DNA of 42,840 nucleotides, taken from NCBI GenBank assembly GCA_964577455.1, contig CAZNZG010000004.1, forward strand, positions 1 to 42,840, read 5' to 3'. Numbering within the stretch: position 1 is the stretch's first letter; every line of letters begins with the position of its first letter. A program made the position numbers and the translations under genes. Positions 18,226-28,158 of this stretch are shown here, piece by piece. This stretch comes from an uncultured Gemmatimonas sp. GTDB lineage: Bacteria; Gemmatimonadota; Gemmatimonadetes; Gemmatimonadales; Gemmatimonadaceae. The notes under the pieces are model-generated. The model saw nothing but the letters and a program-made list of their open reading frames with translations. It was not told the origin of the DNA and made no database searches.

Positions 18226-19146
18226 TCATTGTCCACTGAACACGTCGAAGATGGGACCAAGACCGATCACCATGGGTCCGCCGATCACCGCGAACAGCGC
18301 GGGGAGAATGCACAGCACCATCGGGAAGATCATCTTGGTGGCGGCCGTGGCGGCCCGACGCTCCGCGGATTGCCGTCGCTTCCGGCGCAGCGAATCGGAG
18401 TACACGCGCAAGACCCGTCCGATCGACGAGCCCCAGCGCTCGCTCTGGATCATGGTGGACGACAAGGCCCGCAATTGCTCCACCCCGGTCCGATCGTAGA
18501 GTCCGCGCAGCGCGTCATCCCGACGGACTCCCGCATTTCCCTTGCGATTGATCACCAGCAGTTCGTGGGCCAGCGCGGGATGCATGTGCTCCATCTCGTG
18601 ACCCACACGCAGGATGGCCGCATCGAGCGAGACCCCCGCTTCGACGCACACGAGCAACAGATCGAGACAGTCCGGGACCGCCCGGATGATCTCCAGTTGC
18701 CGCGCCCGCTCGAAGCGCAGCAGCACGTACGGCGGCAACATCAGGCCGAAGGCCACCGCGGCGATGACGCCACCCACGTAGAGCAATTCGGAGTCGCGGG
18801 GAATGAAGGCCACCCCCAATCCGACACTGGCGAGGGCAACCACGATGCGCAGCATCAGGTAGACGAACGGAGCACTCGGCGCATCGAACCCGGCCCGGAC
18901 GAGACGCAGTGGAGTGGACTCGTCAATCATCCATGCCGGCAGCAACGCCACCAACATCCGGTGCCACCGCTCCCCGCGGCTGCTCCGTGCCCCGTGCAAC
19001 ACCAGCCGCCGGGAACGTGTTTTCGCGGAAGGTTCGGTCGCGCGGGCGATGAGCACGTCGTGGCGGTGGTTCGCCACCAGGGCCCAAGCCGATACGGATG
19101 CGGCAATGAACAATACGCCGAGGAAGATCATGAGTGGCGTCGACAT
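18226..19146 (-). CDS. tadC: Tad inner-membrane platform protein TadC
   Basis: PDCLDLLLVCVEAGVSLDAA, QSERWG, AERRA...KMIFPMVLCILP. Confidence 0.93.
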   Translation of the reverse strand: MSTPLMIFLGVLFIAASVSAWALVANHRHDVLIARATEPSAKTRSRRLVLHGARSSRGERWHRMLVALLPAWMIDESTPLRLVRAGFDAPSAPFVYLMLRIVVALASVGLGVAFIPRDSELLYVGGVIAAVAFGLMLPPYVLLRFERARQLEIIRAVPDCLDLLLVCVEAGVSLDAAILRVGHEMEHMHPALAHELLVINRKGNAGVRRDDALRGLYDRTGVEQLRALSSTMIQSERWGSSIGRVLRVYSDSLRRKRRQSAERRAATAATKMIFPMVLCILPALFAVIGGPMVIGLGPIFDVFSGQ

Positions 19147-19157
19147 GGCATCGTCTC

Positions 19158-20105
19158 CTACAGGTCGATGCGGGCAATCCGCCGCATCGCCAGAAATCCC
19201 ACCGTAAGGATCCCGGCCGCAAACACCAGCGTGTAGCGTCCGGCATCAGACTCGAACATCGGCTGCATCATCGGGCGGTTCAGAAGCATGATCACTGCAA
19301 ACGCAAGAAGGGGGAGGGCCGTGAGGGCGTTTCCCGTCAGCTTGGGTTCGGCCGTGAGCGTGTCGATCTGGTCGCGCAGCGCCGAACGATCACGAATCAA
19401 CGAGGAGAGTCCGGTCAGGATCTCACTGAGGTTGCCACCGGTTTCCCGCTGAATGAGGAGAGCGGTGACGAACATCTTGATGTCGAGCGTGTCGATGCGC
19501 TCCTCCAGATCGAGGAGCGCGTCACGCACGTCCAGCCCCAGTCGCTGTTCCTCGTAGAACGTCGCGAACTCCTCACCGATCGGTGCGGCCATTTCTTCGC
19601 CGACGAACTTCATGGCGGCCTGAAAGGAGAAGCCGGCGCGCATCGCGTTCACGATCATGTCGATCGCTTCCGGCAACTGCTCCTCGAGGCGATGCACTCG
19701 CCGGCGCCGCATCACGACGAGCAACATGGTCGGCAGCAGCAAGCCGATGGTCGCCGCCGACAGCGCGGCGATCAGACCGAACGATTGCGCGGCCAGAAGC
19801 CCCATGGAGGCGAGCAGCGCACTGGCAATGGCGAACTCCCCCACGGCCCAGTGCTGTCCGGCGCGCTCGATGGCCGTTTCGATCAGCACCGTCAGCGATC
19901 GACCGGTCAACAGGCGGTCGAGGTACGGCACGGCGCTTTTCCGCAGATCACGAAGAATCCGGATGTCCGACCCCGACGAGCCCGCCGCAATGCGGGCCTT
20001 CAACGCCGCTCTGGCCTCGAGGCGACGCCGATTGGCGAACACATAGAGCCCGAGCAGGACGATCGTGGTCCCGAAGAACACCAGGAAGAGAACGAGGGTT
20101 TGCAT
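19158..20105 (-). CDS. tadB: Tad inner-membrane platform protein TadB
   Basis: QLPEAIDMIVNAMRAG, IQRETGGNLSEIL, LTAEPK. Confidence 0.94.
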   Translation of the reverse strand: MQTLVLFLVFFGTTIVLLGLYVFANRRRLEARAALKARIAAGSSGSDIRILRDLRKSAVPYLDRLLTGRSLTVLIETAIERAGQHWAVGEFAIASALLASMGLLAAQSFGLIAALSAATIGLLLPTMLLVVMRRRRVHRLEEQLPEAIDMIVNAMRAGFSFQAAMKFVGEEMAAPIGEEFATFYEEQRLGLDVRDALLDLEERIDTLDIKMFVTALLIQRETGGNLSEILTGLSSLIRDRSALRDQIDTLTAEPKLTGNALTALPLLAFAVIMLLNRPMMQPMFESDAGRYTLVFAAGILTVGFLAMRRIARIDL

Positions 20106-20107
20106 AC

Positions 20108-21607
<1,500 letters not shown>

Positions 21608-21609
21608 GA

Positions 21610-22824
21610 CTACACCCTCCCCAGGCGGAACATCCGCCGCTTGCGTGTTTCGCTGCCATCGCCGCCGTTCGAGGCAGCATCCACCGCGGTGACCGTCGTG
21701 GTCAGCGTTGTCGCCAGCTGCATGAACCCACTGGACAGGGACGAACCCGGTTCGTGCACCAGCACGGGAACGCCCTTGGTGGTCGCCTCGGCACAGGCGG
21801 AGAAATCGTTCGGCAGCTTCGCGTGGATGCGTCGCCCGAGCACCGTTTCGGCGTCGCCGATCGTGAGTGCGGACTCGGCATTCGAACGATTCACGATGAC
21901 CTGCACCTTGGTCGGCGGATAGCCGAGCCGGTTGAACAGGTCGAGCGTTCGCTGGGTGCTGCGCAGCGCCGGCACGGATAGCTGGGTCACGAGGACGATG
22001 CGATCGGCAGCATCGAGTGCGCCGACGGTACGCTCACCGAGATAGTGCTCGAGGTCCAGGACCACGAACTGGAAGTGTGCCCGCAGCTGCGCCAGAATGG
22101 TGCCGGTGGCCGTGCCCTCGATGAGATCCTGCACTTCCGGGCGATCGGACGACGCCAGCACATGGATCCCGCCCGGACCGGGAGTCATGAGCGATGACAG
22201 TAGCTCGCCATCAATGCGATCGACCTTCATGACCAGATCGCCGATGTCATATGATGGTTTGAGATCGAGCATCACGCGGAGATCGCCGCCGACGACGACG
22301 AAGTCGACGAGGGCCACGCGCTCCGCTGGATGTTGCTTGGCTATGGCCGTCGCAAGATTCACGGCCACGGTCGTGGTGCCGAGTCCGCCCTTGCCGGAGT
22401 ACACCACAATGAGCGTCCCACGCGTGCGTTGCACGGGTTCCATGCGCCGTAGCAGCCGACGCACGGCAACGTCGAACTCCTCCGATTGCACCGGAGCGGG
22501 GACGAACTCGGGAATACCGGCCCTCAGGGCTCCAAGGATCAGCTCCTGGGTCGCATTCGCGGCGGTACCGATGATGAAGGGCGCCGACGGTCGGATCTCA
22601 TGTTCGATGAAGGAGAGATCCTCGGTGGTGGCGGAACCGATCGGCAGAATCACGAGATCGTACGTTGCCGTTCGCAGACGTGCCGCCGCGTCAGCGAGCG
22701 AATCGACACGATCGACCGCCATGAAGCCACGGGAGAGCAGCACGGCGCCGGTCGTCACCTCCGGCTGATCGGCCCCACCTACGACCAGGACGGTGCGCTG
22801 TTCGGGAGAAGGAGAGGTGGTCAC
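21610..22824 (-). CDS. tadZ: TadZ/CpaE (atypical receiver domain plus MinD/ParA-like ATPase)
   Basis: [10 protein letters not shown] deviant Walker A, VALVD, VIVNR, LPND; N-terminal receiver-like domain lacking the acidic pocket. Confidence 0.9.
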   Translation of the reverse strand: MTTSPSPEQRTVLVVGGADQPEVTTGAVLLSRGFMAVDRVDSLADAAARLRTATYDLVILPIGSATTEDLSFIEHEIRPSAPFIIGTAANATQELILGALRAGIPEFVPAPVQSEEFDVAVRRLLRRMEPVQRTRGTLIVVYSGKGGLGTTTVAVNLATAIAKQHPAERVALVDFVVVGGDLRVMLDLKPSYDIGDLVMKVDRIDGELLSSLMTPGPGGIHVLASSDRPEVQDLIEGTATGTILAQLRAHFQFVVLDLEHYLGERTVGALDAADRIVLVTQLSVPALRSTQRTLDLFNRLGYPPTKVQVIVNRSNAESALTIGDAETVLGRRIHAKLPNDFSACAEATTKGVPVLVHEPGSSLSSGFMQLATTLTTTVTAVDAASNGGDGSETRKRRMFRLGRV

Positions 22825-24026
22825 GGGAGCTTCCTGGCCGTGTCGGCCGGCAGGCGCTTGCGCAAGACGTCGAGGGCCGGCGTGCGGGCATCGCGCAGAA
22901 GCGGCAGCGTGAGTTCATCACCGACGCGCGAGGGATCGACAATCGTCGGCGTCACGATGACCAGCAACTCGGTCTCGGAACTCTGCCACCGTGTGCTGCC
23001 GAACAACCCACCGAGTACGGGCAGATTCATGAGCAGCGGAATGCCGGTCCGCACCTGCTCGCGCTCATCGTTGAACAGTCCGGAAAGAATGACGGACTGA
23101 TCGCGACGGATATCCACCGAGCTCTCCACACGGCGGGAACGCAGCGCGGGAATGCGGAAGCCGCTCAGTGTCACGGCATTGCTGTAGTCGAGGCTCGAAA
23201 CTTCCGGGCGCACGTGCAGCGTGATGACACTGTCACTCACGATGGTCGGCGCAAAGCGCAACCGGACGCCGAATTCACGATACTGAATGGTGACGGGCAC
23301 ACCGATACCGGCCACTCCGCCCAGTCCACCCTGCACCACCGGTACGGGCAACTCGCCACCGGCGAGGAATGATGCCGAGTCGCGGTCGGCGGCGAGCAGA
23401 TTCGGCTCGGCAAGCAGACGAGCACGGCCACTCTGCGTCTCGGCTTCGAGCAGCGCGAGAAACTGTTTCGTGCCGAAGTCCGAAAGGATGGAGAGGAAGC
23501 GGGTATCGGACGGAAGTTGCACGGCACCGTCGGCACCGCGTGCCTCGTCGTTGCGGAAGACACCAGTCCCCACCCGCGTGTTGCCCTGCTTGCTGGTGTG
23601 CAGCCCGGAGGTACCAATCTGGCGGAGCACATCGCGACGGATCTCGGCCAGCCGCACGGAGAGGAGGACCAGCTGGCGATCGTTGGGCGTGCGAACCGAC
23701 ACACGGTAGTGCATGCGTGGCTGGCCGGTCACCCAGACCACGACGTCGGTTTCGCCAAGCGCCTTGCCGCTGATCAGCACATCGTGCTCGGTGACCACCA
23801 CGACCGTGGCGATATCCGGGTTGGCGACGGCCACCTTCAGCACCGGCTGCTTCGAGCTGATCGGGAGCGATCGTCCCACGGACAGATTGATGCGATGAAT
23901 CGAGTCGACTGATGCCGTTGCTTGTGCCGCGGCCCGCACGGGCATCGCGGCCAGCCAAAGCAACGCCAGCAGCACCAGCGATGCCTGTGGATTCGTCGCG
24001 CGCATCACGCGACGTCGGAGAGCCAT
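22821..24026 (-). CDS. cpaC: Flp pilus secretin RcpA/CpaC
   Basis: VAVANPDIA..GKALGET N-domain; LAEPNL, FLAGGELPVP, YREFGVRL, PEVSSLD, ETELLVIVTP; alternative TTG start 24086. Confidence 0.93.
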   Translation of the reverse strand: MALRRRVMRATNPQASLVLLALLWLAAMPVRAAAQATASVDSIHRINLSVGRSLPISSKQPVLKVAVANPDIATVVVVTEHDVLISGKALGETDVVVWVTGQPRMHYRVSVRTPNDRQLVLLSVRLAEIRRDVLRQIGTSGLHTSKQGNTRVGTGVFRNDEARGADGAVQLPSDTRFLSILSDFGTKQFLALLEAETQSGRARLLAEPNLLAADRDSASFLAGGELPVPVVQGGLGGVAGIGVPVTIQYREFGVRLRFAPTIVSDSVITLHVRPEVSSLDYSNAVTLSGFRIPALRSRRVESSVDIRRDQSVILSGLFNDEREQVRTGIPLLMNLPVLGGLFGSTRWQSSETELLVIVTPTIVDPSRVGDELTLPLLRDARTPALDVLRKRLPADTARKLP

Positions 24027-24082
24027 GAAGTACGTCACGCCGAGACCTCTCTCGGTGAGAGAAACGAAAGCAATGGTGGCGC

Positions 24083-25048
24083 TCAATTGCGCGGGGGCTT
24101 CCGGATGGTGCTGTCGGGCTTCCTGGTACTGTCGGTCTTTTCGAAACGCTGCTGCGTCACCTTGTCGCCGCGGATCACTTCGATCGTGAGGGTGTCCGGC
24201 TTCTTCGGCGCGACCACGGGTGCGATGAGTGGGGCGACCGGCGCCGGTGCCGGTTTTTCCACCACCTTCGCGGGCCGAGGCGCCACCTTGCGGCGAACCG
24301 GCGCGGTGGCCGCTGCCACCGGCGGCGGCGCGGGCTTCGGCGGGCGCTGCAGTACATCGACCGATGTGGCGCCCTTGGTGGCCACCGTGTCGGGGTCGCC
24401 GAATCCGCGCAGCACCAGCTGAATCGTGCCGTCGCGCATGGCCACGGCGAGCCGTTCGGCTTCGATCGGCGTGACTTCGAGCGTGGCCGATGTCGCGACG
24501 ATGGGACGATTGTCCGGCCCGGAGCGATCGACGGTCCCGACCGAGAGCACGCGCATGTTCGACATGAACAGCTTCGAGATCTGCTCGCCATCGGGGCCCT
24601 TGTCGCGAAGGGTCACCAGCACATCCACGCGCGAATCAGGTTGGATCAGACCACTCACACCGACCACATCATCGATCTTGACCGCCATGGCGCGCTTACC
24701 GGGCGTGATCTTCACCTGGATACCGGGCCCGGTACCCACCGGCGCGAGACGTCCTGGCACGATGACTTCGCCCGCATACACGGACACGCGGGTCACGCGG
24801 CCAACAGCGGAATCGATGTCGCTGAATGCTCCGGGGGGCACCGAAATGATCGGCCAGTCTTTCCGTTCGAGCGCACCGCGCGTGAGCGATACCCCCTCGG
24901 GGATGTCCTTCGTGGCCACGATGACCGGTCGCAACAGGACACGGTTTTGGGTACGGGTCGTCTCGATCACGCGATACACGCCGAACGTGGCCATGCCGGC
25001 GGTCACGAGCGTGGCGACGAGCACGACAGAGTAGCGATTGAAAGTCAT
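24083..25048 (-). CDS. cpaB: Flp pilus assembly protein CpaB/RcpC
   Basis: SAF domain VIVATKDIPEG; GKRAMAVK..VSGLIQPDSRVDVL; TLEVTP..AERL; Pro-rich tail. Confidence 0.93.
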   Translation of the reverse strand: MTFNRYSVVLVATLVTAGMATFGVYRVIETTRTQNRVLLRPVIVATKDIPEGVSLTRGALERKDWPIISVPPGAFSDIDSAVGRVTRVSVYAGEVIVPGRLAPVGTGPGIQVKITPGKRAMAVKIDDVVGVSGLIQPDSRVDVLVTLRDKGPDGEQISKLFMSNMRVLSVGTVDRSGPDNRPIVATSATLEVTPIEAERLAVAMRDGTIQLVLRGFGDPDTVATKGATSVDVLQRPPKPAPPPVAAATAPVRRKVAPRPAKVVEKPAPAPVAPLIAPVVAPKKPDTLTIEVIRGDKVTQQRFEKTDSTRKPDSTIRKPPRN

Positions 25049-25100
25049 GGCAGTACCGCTCGATGCAACGACGAGGGGATGAGTGTCGCGGTCCGGGTGA

Positions 25101-25553
25101 TCATGAGCCTTCCCACCGGAACGTGGCCTGAGCGTGAAGCACCGGCGTCAGCGGCTGTCGCATCAGCGCCGGCAACGGGGTGAGCCACGTGAAGGGGTAG
25201 TTGATCTGGACCTGCACGGCCTGCAGCTGACCGGTAGAGCAACTCGGCAGGCAGGTGACGACGACTTGCGTGGCCGCATTCACGGGGACATTGCCGAAAG
25301 GCGACATCTTCGAAGCGGCGGTATCCCGGATCGCGTTCAGTGCCGCCCCGGGATTGGTGAGCCGTGCACCGTAGCGAGCGCCTTCGCGCGCTGCCGCCGT
25401 GAGATTGTTGGCCGTGAACATCGCACGACCGAAGTCGATGGTTCCGAACACCAGCATGAGGAGCAGTGACGCGAAGATCGCGAACTCGAGGAGAGCGACC
25501 CCCGATTCATCACGGCCGAAGATGCGGCAACGGGACCTCCATGATCCGAGCAT
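25101..25553 (-). CDS. tadE: TadE-like pseudopilin
   Basis: ESG|VALLEFA cleavage site with Glu+5, GTIDFG, AAAREGARYG. Confidence 0.92.
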   Translation of the reverse strand: MLGSWRSRCRIFGRDESGVALLEFAIFASLLLMLVFGTIDFGRAMFTANNLTAAAREGARYGARLTNPGAALNAIRDTAASKMSPFGNVPVNAATQVVVTCLPSCSTGQLQAVQVQINYPFTWLTPLPALMRQPLTPVLHAQATFRWEGS

Positions 25554-25565
25554 GGCGTGTAAGCC

Positions 25566-26102
25566 TCACAGGAAGAGTCCTGGCCAGCGTGCGGCACCTG
25601 CCAGTCCGGCCGCCATGGCAAGCGCATAGGGCATGCGACGATCCCACACGGACTGCGTGGGCTCCCGCAGGAGCAGGGGGTGCTGCACGCCATGCACCAG
25701 GCGAAACAGTGTGTGACGCAGTCCGTGGCGTTGCGCGAGATAGAGCAACGACAGCAGGCCGCCGCACAGACCGGCGATCATCCCGGCCTCCACGGCACCG
25801 ACCGGGCCGAGCCATGCGGCACCGGCGGCGAAGAGTTTCACATCACCGCCGCCCATCATGTGCAGCAACCAGAAGGGCATCCACATGGCCAGTCCGATCA
25901 TCATGCCGCCAAGCGCACGCATCGCCCCGCCGAACCCCGCATCGAGGACCGCGAAACCCACTCCGGCCAGCGCCCCCGTTGCCACGAGCGCATTGGGAAT
26001 GCGACGCGTCCGAAGGTCCGTCACACAGGCGGTGATCAGCACCACCGCCAGCGTGAATGCCTCGACACGAGACAGCAACGACCCTTCGAACGCCATCGAC
26101 AT
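25566..26102 (-). CDS. cpaA: Prepilin peptidase CpaA/TadV (peptidase A24)
   Basis: TDLRTRRIPN, MGGGDVKL, MPYALAM. Confidence 0.94.
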   Translation of the reverse strand: MSMAFEGSLLSRVEAFTLAVVLITACVTDLRTRRIPNALVATGALAGVGFAVLDAGFGGAMRALGGMMIGLAMWMPFWLLHMMGGGDVKLFAAGAAWLGPVGAVEAGMIAGLCGGLLSLLYLAQRHGLRHTLFRLVHGVQHPLLLREPTQSVWDRRMPYALAMAAGLAGAARWPGLFL

Positions 26103-26117
26103 TGTTTCTCCGGTGAC

Positions 26118-26291
26118 TTACGGCAGCCCCGCATTCGCGAGGACGAAGCCGTTGCTGACCTTGCTCCCGATGGCCGTTACCGCCACGATGGCCAGCGCGG
26201 TGATCAGCATGGCCAGCATGCCGTACTCGAGGAGCGTGGCCCCGCGCTCGTCCTGCCAGAAGCGGCGCGATCCTTCGCGGGCGGCGACCAT
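26118..26291 (-). CDS. flp: Flp pilin 2 (57 aa; not in the ORF track)
   Basis: Hand translation MVAAREGSRRFWQDERG|ATLLEYGMLAMLITALAIVAVTAIGSKVSNGFVLANAGLP*; Flp motif G|ATxxEY. Confidence 0.93.
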   Translation of the reverse strand: MVAAREGSRRFWQDERGATLLEYGMLAMLITALAIVAVTAIGSKVSNGFVLANAGLP

Positions 26292-26298
26292 GGAGCGG

Positions 26299-26472
26299 TT
26301 ACGGCAGATTGGTGTTCACGGTATTGAAACCCGTGCTCACCTTGAGGCCGATGGCCTTGACTGCCACGATCGACAGCACCGTGATGAGCAGAGTGAGCAT
26401 GCCGTACTCGAGCAGGGTCGCGCCGTCCTCATCCGCGAGGAAGCGCTTCGGAAGCGTGGCAATGGACAACAT
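26299..26472 (-). CDS. flp: Flp pilin 1 (57 aa; not in the ORF track)
   Basis: Hand translation MLSIATLPKRFLADEDG|ATLLEYGMLTLLITVLSIVAVKAIGLKVSTGFNTVNTNLP*; strong SD GAGGAGG 8 nt upstream. Confidence 0.95.
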   Translation of the reverse strand: MLSIATLPKRFLADEDGATLLEYGMLTLLITVLSIVAVKAIGLKVSTGFNTVNTNLP

Positions 26473-26480
26473 GTGCGTAT

Positions 26481-26502
26481 CCTCCTCACCGATGGTGAAG
26501 AA
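26481..26502 (-). promoter_or_regulatory. Shine-Dalgarno of flp1 within a potential 9-bp hairpin
   Basis: mRNA UUCUUCACC-AUC-GGUGAGGAG(G) can pair over the SD. Confidence 0.55.
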
Positions 26503-26715
26503 CCGGAGCCGGTAGAATGACGACGGTGCGGGCTCCGCAATCGCACTGTCGGGCGTCGTTCGCTGGGCATGCCGCGGCGCGAACCGCGAACCCGTGGGTT
26601 TGTGACGCTGGGCACAGGTTACGTGTTCAGGCAGATCACGGAATCAGTGAGAACCGCGACAAGGTTGTCGTCCGCTGTCCGGCATTCGCATGGCATGCGC
26701 GTGCCATGTTGTCGC

Positions 26716-28158
26716 ATGACCCTTCGGTTTCCCGTGGCTCATCAGACGGCAGCCCTGTCCAGCCTGCTAGGGATGGCGGCGATGGCGCTGCTGTTGTGGT
26801 CAGCGGTCCCGCTCACACAGAGCGACGGTGATCTCTTCGCCCACATCGCGCTCGGGCGTGAGATCCTGGAGCGCGGACTCCGGCCGGTGGTGTCACCGGC
26901 GTGGGGCAGTGCCGTGCTCTTCGCGTGGCTCCACGATACCGGCGGACTGCCGGGCATTGCGTGCGCGGTGGCGGTCATGGCCGGTGTCGCGCATGCGCTC
27001 GGCACACATCTGTTGCTCCAACTTCGAGTCCCGCCAACAGCCGCACTGCTCGCGGCTGTCGTGACCGTCACCCTCGCCGCGTCGCACTGGCTGGCGCGCC
27101 CACATGCGGTGACGCTGCTGTTCATGGCGGTCCTCATGCACCTGCTTCATGCGCCCGGCGCGCGAACAGTGTATGCGGTGATTCCGCTGTTCGGGTTGTG
27201 GGCCAATCTGCATGGCGGCTGGGCCTTCGGGGCCATGGTCCTGCTCTGCCATACCGTGGGCGAAATCTTCACGTCGCCGCCACAGCACATGCCGCGGCAG
27301 CGTGTGACCCTCGTGGTTGCCGCAGGGCTCGCACTCGCATCCACTCTTGCCACGCCGTATGGCATCGGCCTGCATCATGCCATTCTCCGCACGCTGCGGG
27401 ATGGCGCACTCGCCGCCACGGTGACCGAGTATCAGCCTCCGTCCTGGTCCTCTCCGGTCGATGCACTCTTTCTGCTGATCGTTCTGGCCGCGCTGCCGAC
27501 CCTCTTGGCATCACGGCGGCAGCTACCGGTCTCCACAGTGCTGATCGTGCTGCTCAGCATCGGTGTGTCGCTCAAGGCCAGCCGGAACATTTCCCTCTTT
27601 GCATTCACCGGCTGGCCGCTGCTTGCCGCGCAGGCCGCGACGTGCATCACACGGCGACCCGTCGAGTCTGCTCTCGGACACACGAAAACCCGGGTGACCG
27701 CGTGGAGGAGCTGGCTGCCCGGCATAGCCGGCGCGCTGGGCGTGCTGCTGCTTGGTGCGCGCGGCGGCGTCGTGGGAGACCGGCGTGTGCTCGATGTACC
27801 GGTGGACAGCAGACGTTTTCCCGTAGCCGCGGTGGAGGCACTGCAGCGCATGCCTTCGGCGGATCACACGCTGACCACGTGGGCATGGAGCGGATACCTA
27901 CCATACGCATGGCGCCATCACCGGGCCGTCTTCGACCCGTTACGGTTCACACCCGAAGAGATGCAACAGCTGGGAACGCTGTTGACCGTGCGCACCGGGT
28001 GGCGGGCATTACTCGACAGCACGGCCATCGGCACCGTGCTGGTGCCGAGGCATTCACCGCTGGACAAGGCGTTGTCGGGCGACGCGGGGTGGGATTGCTG
28101 GTATCGCGACGAAACCGCCTCGGTTTTTCGTCGCCGAGCATCGCCCGGTTACTTGTAG
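26716..28158 (+). CDS. Polytopic membrane protein, putative GT-C fold glycosyltransferase
   Basis: Roughly 10-12 hydrophobic segments; DGDLFAHIALG after TM1, ARPH, LWANLHGG, ATPYG, TEYQPP, RN, RFPVAAV, WSGYL motifs; start uncertain. Confidence 0.65.
   Translation: MTLRFPVAHQTAALSSLLGMAAMALLLWSAVPLTQSDGDLFAHIALGREILERGLRPVVSPAWGSAVLFAWLHDTGGLPGIACAVAVMAGVAHALGTHLLLQLRVPPTAALLAAVVTVTLAASHWLARPHAVTLLFMAVLMHLLHAPGARTVYAVIPLFGLWANLHGGWAFGAMVLLCHTVGEIFTSPPQHMPRQRVTLVVAAGLALASTLATPYGIGLHHAILRTLRDGALAATVTEYQPPSWSSPVDALFLLIVLAALPTLLASRRQLPVSTVLIVLLSIGVSLKASRNISLFAFTGWPLLAAQAATCITRRPVESALGHTKTRVTAWRSWLPGIAGALGVLLLGARGGVVGDRRVLDVPVDSRRFPVAAVEALQRMPSADHTLTTWAWSGYLPYAWRHHRAVFDPLRFTPEEMQQLGTLLTVRTGWRALLDSTAIGTVLVPRHSPLDKALSGDAGWDCWYRDETASVFRRRASPGYL

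Noticed and set aside
16975-19236. 753-aa plus-strand ORF
   Set aside because: Antisense shadow of tadG/tadC; Arg/Ala/His-rich with no motifs, typical of high-GC DNA.
21610-22824. Degenerate Walker A and receiver domain of TadZ as a novelty
   Set aside because: These deviations are normal for TadZ/CpaE.
26473-26650. c-di-GMP riboswitch upstream of flp
   Set aside because: No GGCAAAC...GACGCAAA-type GEMM consensus found on the minus strand.
26689-26708. Sigma54 promoter for flp (TGGCAC.. on the minus strand, TGGCAT.. on the plus)
   Set aside because: GG-to-GC spacing is 9 nt rather than the required 10 on either strand.
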